Shown: one piece after another, positions 54,929-64,000 of the stretch
Numbering within the stretch: position 1 is the stretch's first letter
How the letters are laid out: each line of letters begins with the position of its first letter
DNA from: Chrysomallon squamiferum
Taxonomy: Eukaryota > Animalia > Mollusca
Reading direction: 5' to 3'
Assembly (NCBI GenBank): GCA_012295275.1
Contig: CM022671.1
Location: 23,746,001-23,810,000 of the forward strand
DNA length: 64,000 nt
The notes under the pieces: generated by a model
Told to the model about the DNA's origin: nothing
Seen by the model: only the letters and a program-made list of their open reading frames with translations
Database searches by the model: none
Position numbers and translations under genes: made by a program

Positions 54929-56748
54929 AATATTAATAAAAAGAAATAATTGTTTTATGAATGTGATTATCAATATGTCAACAGCTTATGAAAGAAAAAA
55001 AGGAAAGGAAAAAAGGGGAAAAAAAAAAAGGAAAAAAAAAAGAAAGAAAGGAAAATGTAATCAGAAAACAGTTTACACTTTGGATTTTTCTCTCTTTTTT
55101 AATCAATATAATTAAATCCAATTCTTGTGTAAGAAAAAGAAAAATCTGACGGTTTTATTTGGATTTTTCAGTTTTAGGTTTTAAAGTTTTGTTTTAAAGA
55201 AACGAATGTGTAATTTAATATACCTGAAAACCCCCATAAATTTCAAGATAATATAAATAATATAATATCAGTGTTTTATGTTTATTTATTTAAGTTTATT
55301 GCTGCTAGGAGTATTTTCCCATTCTTCTTTCAGATAGTGTTAAATGCATTTGAGATTTCTGATAACAGTATTTTCCTTTTTAAAAAAACAAAATTTATTG
55401 ATATTCAAGGCTATTTGGTTGCTGAAGTGTTTGCCAGAAATGATTCAGTGACTGATAACAGAAAGTAGAACAGTTCAAAGTCAAGTCTTTGTGTGGGTGT
55501 GGGTGTAAGCATATGTGTATATGTATGTAAGTGTGTGTGTGTATATGTGTGTGACAGAAAATATGTATGTAAATATGAATGTATATATATATGAGCATCA
55601 GTGTTCATGTATATTTGTTTATGTGTGTGAGGAAGACAGAGAAAAAAGAAAGGCAGAAAAAAAAAAGAAGAAAAAAGCCTCCAGATAAAGAAAATATTTC
55701 AACACTTTTCAAAAACAGACTTCAGTATCTTGTAATTTTATTATTTGAATACAATTAACAACCTTTTTCACAACAACAAACATTTAGTATAAAATTATCA
55801 TACAATGTATGCATGCATTATTTGTGTACAGTCTACATCCAAATTATTTAGCATGACTGCGAAATGTCATTTCAGACTGGGTCATCAGCAATGTTACCAT
55901 TCATTTTTTCATTCAGAACTGAATGAATGAATATTTAACATTTCAGCACATAGTAAAGTTAATTGTTAAAAATTTATTTTTCAGTATTATATGTTACATG
56001 TTATTCATTGTCTGAACCATTTTATTATCCAAGATTAAGACATCTTAACTATTCATTTTTCCACAGACAGAAGAAAATGTAATACAGCCTTAATAAACCA
56101 GTCATGGAACATTGTTTGGAATGGGAAATCGATTAAATGGAAAAACAAGTGATTAGAGAATAATCAAAGCTAGGCAGAGTTTGGTAATTAAGCTATATCC
56201 CAATTACAAAACTAATTAATAATATCCCTCAGTGTTGTTGGTTTTTTTTTGGGGGGGGGGTGTTTTTGTTTTTATGTTTAATTTTTTAAAATTTGTTTTG
56301 TTTTGTTGTTTTTTTCAAATTTTTTAATTTAATTTTATTATTATTTTTCTTCATTACAATCAAATGTGTAAAATATGCCAGGCTTAAATGTGACTATTAT
56401 CACTTAACATTTACATGAGTTGAAACATGTTAATAGTGTAAAGATAAAAGAGTTTTGTTCAACAGCAAATTAAAAAAACACACCTTGAAATTGTTGCCAG
56501 CCACACCTTGTACTTGATGATGAGTATTTCAGTTTACAGGACACTACTTTAACATGGGTGAAGAGATGTTGCATGTGACCACACCTAGTCCATATGTTTG
56601 CTCAAGTCTTTTCAGTTAAGACAAGAAGTTAAATATACCTTTTAGTGATGAACATCTAATTTTAATGAGTTTTTTTAAGCCTCTACAGTTTAATTAAAAA
56701 TCATATATTTAATGAAATAATGATGAAAAAGAGAGATTAATGACAATG

Positions 56749-56803
<55 letters not shown>

Positions 56804-58079
56804 CAGAGAGAGAAACAGATATGTCAATGACAAAATAAGGCTTTCAGAATCAATGAAGAATGGCAAAATTAGAAAAAATAGTGGAAAAGAAAAAATGAGA
56901 TATGAACAGAAACCTAGATAGACACGAAAAATATTATTAAAAATTTGATGTTTTAAAATTCAACTTAAAAAAATATTTAATAATTTTAAGTGTTTTAAAT
57001 TAATAACTTGAAGATAATATAAAGGCAATTATTTTCCACAAAACAGATAAAAAACGAAACAAAAAAAACCCACCCTAAGATGTATGGTTGTAAATTCCAT
57101 CAAAACACTTCAGAAAGATTCCATACTAACTAATTTAAAAAACATGCGTGATCTTCAAAGTGCTGACAGAACAAATCACCTGAACAGGTGTCTGTGTCAT
57201 CAGCAGAAGAAAACCAGATTTAATCAAAACTATATTCTCAATGTAATGTCTAAATATGAAAAAGGAAAAAAAAAGAATTTCTAAAACTTGAAATTATTCT
57301 TAATTTGTTTACAAGAAAAAGGAAGGAAAAAAGAAGATATAAATAAGAAAATTTATTCTGATACTTGCAGCATTAATGTGCATGCAAGCTCACACAAAAA
57401 TGATAAAGCATGTGTCAGAGTTATCAGCATTTGCCAAGACAGCAGCTGATAATATGATTTGATCCATGGATCTAGCCATCTAAAAACCTCACAGCTTAAT
57501 CACAATGTCAGAAATATTGTTCGAACATATAAATCATGCACAGACCTACCATTACAACTCAGTTTTGAAAAAAAAAAAAAAAAAAAGTAAGAACAAGAAA
57601 AAGAAAAAAAGGATTGAGAAATGCTTAATTCAGTTTCATTTTGAACATTTTGTGCAAGTTATAACCAATAAAAATACACATATAAATATGAACACACACA
57701 TATAAAGTTACAGTAAATTTCAGTTTTGAAGAAAACAGATGGCAAAACTGAAATATAATCAAAATTTATTTTGTGTTATTATTTTAAAATCATGAATATT
57801 AGGCAACAGGAAACAGCATTTTAAGTTTTTACCTTTTAACGGTTGAAGAACTAGTTTCAAACATTCATTACACAAAAACCAAGCTAGGTACAAATATACA
57901 GATTTTTGTTGTTGTTGTTGTTGTTGAACTTACAGAAAATGTGGGTTTCTGTTTTTTAAATTGTATTTGTGTACTTTAGTTTGTGTTCTGTTTATTGCTT
58001 GCACAATTCTTGTGTATTAAATGTTTTGAAATCAGGGAAAGACTTTTTGTTTACCTTGTATATCAGTTGTCAAATATTA

Positions 58080-59090
58080 AAATCATGAGCAGCATCAACA
58101 GGTTTATCAATTCTTGACAAACACCATGATTATCAGCATTTTAAGAACAATGTGTGTATGTGTATGTGTGTTGTGTGCATGTACACACAAAAAAAAACAC
58201 ACACACACACACCTATATATATCAACAGATGAGCAGTAATAGCATGTAAATCAGTAGCTGAAAGGCAAAATCTACAACAGCAAATGAATATTAATAACTG
58301 GTATAACAACCAATAATAAAATTAAGAATTAAAAAACAAAAATCTTACCAAAAACAAAAACAGTAACAGTTATATTACATGTGTCAGCAGTTGTACAGCA
58401 TGGAATTTATCAGTTGCAGGTTGAAATCACTGCTGAACAACATCATGAGCAGTAGTAGTTAAACTATTACAATGAAGTATATGAAGTATGGATCAATCCA
58501 TTTAGTGTTATAACCAGTATTTTTGGTGGATTTTTTAAATAATAAAATAAAAATTGTTCAAAAGAAATCAGCAATTGTATATTCAAACATCAACAGTGGA
58601 ACAAAAACAACAACATGTACAACAGCAACTAAATATTAACTATACTAATGAATGATTTGAAGTGTGGCTCAAATCAGTTAGTGTTGTAACCAATATAAAA
58701 AAATAAAAATGAAAAACTCCTCCACAAAAAAATACATTTATTATAGACCTGTCACCATTCAAACAACACAGAAATCAACAGTTATAACAATAGAAGTAAA
58801 AATTTAAAAATAATAATATAAATAAAACTCAGAAAAAAAAATACAATTGTAAGTGTCAGCAGTTGAAAAGTATGAAAAGCAACAGTTACAATAATAGAAA
58901 TTTAAAAAAAAATAAAATCCACAAAAATGCAATTTTAACTATCAGCAGTTGAACAGCATGACAAGCAACAGTTACAGGTTAAAAAAAAAAATGACTTGAG
59001 TTAAAACCAACATGGAAAAAATCCAGTTGTACCATGTACATCATCAGCAATGGAACATTCACAGCATGGACATCAGCATTAGAGACAGCA
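58080..59090. repeat. Highly degenerate tandem repeat region with recurring tcagcagttgnacagcatg...cagttaca motif
   Basis: Motif variants at about 58384, 58569, 58856, 58942 and 59045, with irregular spacing. Confidence 0.6.
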
Positions 59091-60016
59091 GAACACTGAA
59101 GACTGTCCCCCAGGCTGTGAGAGTCTGCTTAGCATTGCAAGGACTCCACTTTCATCCTGAATGCTTTGCTGATTGATTTAATAACCAACTTTACCAAGGG
59201 ACCAGATGCAAAAGAGAAATATGCTAAAACCACACGTGGAAGAAAATACCTGCAGGGCAAGCAGAGACTGCAACAAAGCAGTGTTTTTATAATCTGTGAG
59301 GAGTTGACATTTCACTGTATGGACACATTTATAACAATGACTTTCATGTACTGGAGAATAATGTGGTAAAGGGGTGAAAATAAAAAGAAAGAATAGAAAA
59401 GAATTTTGAAATTCTATACCGTCTTATTATATAGAAATAAGTGGTTTTTGTTTATAATGAAATATCAGTTTCAGGAGCTGTGACAGTTTCAAACATTTTG
59501 TAAATAAATCATAATTTTTAATCTACTTGAATGTCTGGAACCAAATTCTGTGACCTGTTTTTATTAAATTCCTGTGTTAAAGCATTGTTAAAAGTGTATC
59601 ATGTTACAATATGTTTGACCAAAATAGATTAAGTAAACTTAACTGTTTATATTTCAATGTTTTGTTCGTGACTGTTTTAATATAATTCCACTTCAAAGTA
59701 AAATTATGTCTGAAATGTGTTGAATGAGATATCACTTTAAAATAAATATAATTATATATATTAGAAAGCTAACTGTATTACAAAAATCATGAAAGTGTAA
59801 TGGTATATATTTAATGTTTTGTTATTGTCAGTTTTGACAAAATTCTACTTGAAGTAAAATTATGATACATTTCTAAAATAAAAACCTTATACAAAAAAAA
59901 ACCCATTTAATTTCAACAAAATCATTATTGTTTAGCACTGAACACACTGGTTTTGGCATTTACTGCACGGCCTGTAATTTCTGAATCACCCCCCACCCAC
60001 CATTATACATACTAAC

Positions 60017-60148
60017 TATAGTTAAACCTGCCTTTTGTGGTCATCTGTCTAATACAGCCACATTGCATTATGTTTTAACAACCACCTCTGTGTAACAGTC
60101 ACTTTTGCCTGGTCACTCGAGTGGATATCATAGCCAGTTTTAACTCTA
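60017..60148. mobile_element. MITE with Tc1/mariner(pogo)-like termini
   Basis: Termini tatagttaaacctg and cagttttaactcta are 12/14 complementary and TA-flanked, with internal subterminal ccac/ggtc repeats. A similar end (aggtttgactgta) lies at about 19626-19638. Confidence 0.65.
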
Positions 60149-60476
60149 CATAAAAATCTCTACCCTTTCTAAGACTATACCATTTATCTATGAAATCAGC
60201 TTAACCTGTGTTGCAGATCAGTTAACAGGTTAATATAAAATCAGAGCATGCTAAATATTCCACTTTGCAAGATTATTCCTGGCAATTAGCATTTGGTTGA
60301 GAGATTTCCCAAAAGCTTTTCCTGTCCTTAAATAAATATTTCACCATCAGCAACCTTAACAGTTAATGTAGGTTAAGTTGGTTAATGATGAAAAATCTGA
60401 AGACAGCTGACTATTGATGTTCTCATAGACATTATACATATCTAGTTTTTACAAACAGACTACATGTTCTAAACTG

Positions 60477-60477
<1 letters not shown>

Positions 60478-60539
<62 letters not shown>
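60478..60539. repeat. (CT)n microsatellite
   Basis: Direct reading. Confidence 0.97.
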
Positions 60540-60540
<1 letters not shown>

Positions 60541-60800
60541 AATATATCTTGATCTTACAAATGACACAAAAAATATCTTGATCTTACGAACATATTCATG
60601 TTCTATGAAGACACTAGAAATTTCCTGCATTCTTTACAGACACTTTGATTCTGCAAATGTATATGTCTTCTCTACAGACCCTAAATATACTTGATTTTAC
60701 AAATATACAAGGTTCTACATCGATACAATACATATCTTGATTTTTATAGATATAACTGTCTTCTAAAAATTAACAGTAATCTTGATTTTAAGACTATACC
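60541..60800. repeat. Degenerate minisatellite with atatcttgatyttaca core, about 45-50-bp unit
   Basis: Core recurs at about 60544, 60573, 60686, 60732 and 60779. Confidence 0.6.
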
Positions 60801-61106
60801 TATGCTCTTTATTCAGATTTGCCAGAAAAGTGAATATAAAAATCTTGTTAGCCAGCTGGGGGTTAGAACAACATTCTAGATTAATCTGACCTGTTTAATT
60901 TGGAATGCTGCGATCACTCATAAAGTGATGTGTTTATGACTTTATGGTACAATATTTTATGCTGAAAGTCATTTACTCTCCATCTATTCTGTGTGAGACC
61001 TCTAATACTACTGACCCGATTAATTTTCAGCTGTAGACAAGACACAGCAAATTTGGTCTATATTGAATTAACTCTACAATGTGTGAGATTAACAGTCAAA
61101 TACTTG

Positions 61107-61150
<44 letters not shown>

Positions 61151-61571
61151 TATTGTTATTTACTGATGTCAGCATAAATGTGCATGGATTTACATGCATG
61201 CATACATTCACCCATTTGCATGTGTGCACGTGTGTGTATATATGTGTATGTGCACATTAATTAAATATTATATAAAAAAAACATTTAATACTTACATTTC
61301 ACTTTTCATTTATTTATTTCTGTGGCAAGGTTATGCTTTTGCTGACATTTAATTTTATTCAAGTATCAGCATGATCTAAATCTTTTAAAGGTTACACACT
61401 ATGAATGTACAGTTGTGAAAACTGTATTTAGAGCACCCATTTAATTCATAAAACTCAAGTTCTAAATGATGGTAATTTGCTGTTTGAAAAAATAAAATTA
61501 GTAATAAGATTACATAGACAGTCACACTGACAATACTTAAACACACAATAATAGAATACTCTTTGAATCTG

Positions 61572-61572
<1 letters not shown>

Positions 61573-61629
<57 letters not shown>

Positions 61630-61700
61630 ATGTGTGTGTGTGCAAAGAAAGAGAGAGGAAAGAGACAGAGAGAGACAGACAGACAGAGAGAGAGAGAAAG
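61573..61700. repeat. (TG)n plus (GA/GACA)n compound microsatellite
   Basis: Direct reading. Confidence 0.95.
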
Positions 61701-61940
61701 ATCAAAGAAACAAAAAGAAACCCCTTTCATCTTGATGTAACAAAAGACTGGAGTTTATGCGTGCCTATGTAAATCAATTGCTGGTGTATAAAGTGAATCA
61801 GTCTGTGACCAAGTCAAGGAAGACTTTATGTGACTACAATCTAATTTTCTCTCATCATTTCCAGCCATTTCTTATCGATTCCTTTTGAGTGTCACATCCT
61901 GGTGTCTCCCTAGTGACCATGACATTTGGGAAATTATTTT

Positions 61941-61978
<38 letters not shown>

Positions 61979-63344
61979 TTTATCAACACTTATTAACGTG
62001 TCATTTGTTACTGGGCGTTCGTGGTTATTATTTCATATGATTCAATTATATCTACATCACAATGCATTGTGAAATGTTAACAGCAGTGAATGGAAAAAAT
62101 TACAGTAGCTTTGAAAGTGTATCTAAGTGGTGCAACACTAATGATGGTGGTGCAATAGCCTAGGAGATGTGGTATCTGTCAAGGCTGTGGTGCAGTATTT
62201 GTTTCTGTAATGCAGTATCTAACTAGGTGGAGTAACATTAGTCTTGGTGGTGCTATATCAAGAGGTGCTGTATCAGCCCAAGTGATTCTATACTGATACA
62301 GATTGCTCCATACTGACAATAAGTGTCTGACTAATCCACCAAAGGTTATTGTTTCAAAATAAAGAGTTGTGTACTGAGAACTAGCCTCCTCAATAAAGTA
62401 TTCAATGAAAACATTTCAAAAGCACTTTTCATGTCTTGTGTTTTGTTCTTTTACACTCTGTGTAATAGATCTGTATAATATATAATATTGATATATGTGA
62501 TTTGTACATTTTACAATGTACATTCTATGATGTAATTAAAAAATAAAAATAATAAAATAAAATAAAAAATAAAAAATGCTCATAAATTTGTTTCTCTTGT
62601 ACTTTATTTTGAGCAAAAACAGATTGGTGCAAAACTTAAATAAAACTGCTGCTTTGAAGTATAACACAATATATTCAAGTTGTTAGTCTCAACTATTAAA
62701 GGTATGATTTAACAAACTTTAAGTAACAGCATCTATCTGAGTAATGCTTATAAAACAGATGAATAATTCTTAATTCCAGGAAAAAAATTTGGCTGTCAAA
62801 ACAGTAAACAATTGTGGACTATAACCAGAAATGAATATTTATCAAATATATTTGTTTCTCAAAGCAACAACAAATGAATCATAACATCATAGACATTAAA
62901 TATCTGTTCATTATTTGTGCAAGGTTATTTAAACAGTTGTGGAACAGCTAAAGTCACAGGAAAGAACAAAAAATAAAACAAATGCCCTTGAAATATAGCT
63001 TTCCTTTCTGAATATCTGATTACTGTAATCACTACAAGAAAAAAAATGAAATGAAATTTAAAAAAGAAGAAAAAGAAAGGTTATCATAGAAATACTTAAA
63101 TGTTAAGATAACATTATACACTGAAACCACCACACACACACAATTCAGTGATCAACATTCTTTCCAACCTATTCAGCAGATCTTGAAATCCAAACCATAC
63201 CTGTATGTTTTCAAATTAATTACATGTACTTCCATACTTTTATCATTTCTTTTCATGCCATGCAAATAAAAATAAAATTGGCTCGAAATTTTTAAAATTT
63301 TATATGTTCATGTCTAATGTAGGTGTATACATATGCATGCATAA

Positions 63345-63446
63345 GTGTGTGTGTGTGTGCATGCCTGTGTGTGTGTGTGTGTGTGCATGTGTGTGTGTGT
63401 GTGTGTGCATGCCTGTGTGTGTGTGCATGTGTGTGTGTGTGTGTGT
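63345..63446. repeat. Interrupted (TG)n microsatellite with gcatg(cc) interruptions
   Basis: Direct reading. Confidence 0.93.
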
Positions 63447-64000
63447 CTGGTTGAGTGTAACATTTATCAAGAAACTGATCTTATAGGATTGAGACTGATT
63501 ATGTCAGAGGAAATAGGAAATACTTATACAGTTATTTCCTCTATGTTCTTAAACACAGTCTGCTGTAGACATACAGATAACAGATATATTCTGTATCACA
63601 CAAACATATTGTCCTTCATTATTTCAATAGTAAACAATGAAAAAATATATATATATTATGTTATACACAGTAACATCTCCAATGTGAAAGACAATTCTTA
63701 TGTATGGAAAAAAAAATATGTGTGCATTTAAAAATATTATTTCATTATAACATATCTCCTGTCTTGAGAGATATCACAAACACACACACACACAGACACT
63801 CACACAATTTTCCTTCTGTTTTTATTACTATATTTGTTTGTATACATTTAAATATTCCTCACCCCATCTGTTTTTTATTACTGTTTATTATTTTGTATGC
63901 ATTTCTGCGTCAGTGAATATTTAATGCAAAGTAAAAGCTATGGTAAATCATTTCTGCTTTAAGTAAATGGTAATACAATATTTAAAATATGCTGCATAAA

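Overview
Very AT-rich, microsatellite-rich animal genomic DNA. It is probably an invertebrate and possibly a mollusc, but that is inferred from composition and repeats only. The window holds two intron-containing septin genes of the SEPT2 group in head-to-tail tandem on the minus strand. Gene B (about 18.8-51 kb) is a complete SEPT2/Drosophila Sep1-like gene of about 375 aa with 10 core coding exons, a 3'-UTR intron and several candidate alternative N-terminal exons. Gene A (1 to about 17.3 kb) is a SEPT4/SEPT5/Drosophila Sep4-like gene with two candidate N-termini; its 3' end runs off the left edge. All exons were reconstructed by hand from GT-AG boundaries, with reading phase checked across junctions. 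Mobile DNA comprises an internally deleted Tc1/mariner element, a decayed RNase H-bearing LINE next to the gene A promoter, a MITE and a possible hAT fragment. Points worth a second look: the tandem SEPT2/SEPT4-5 pair with near-identical exon sizes and one differing intron; a 14-bp perfect stem covering an alternative exon's 5' splice site; an in-frame duplicated 3' splice site; a set of phase-compatible alternative first exons and micro-exons; and an intronic inverted duplication. Most ORFs in the supplied track are spurious low-complexity ORFs.
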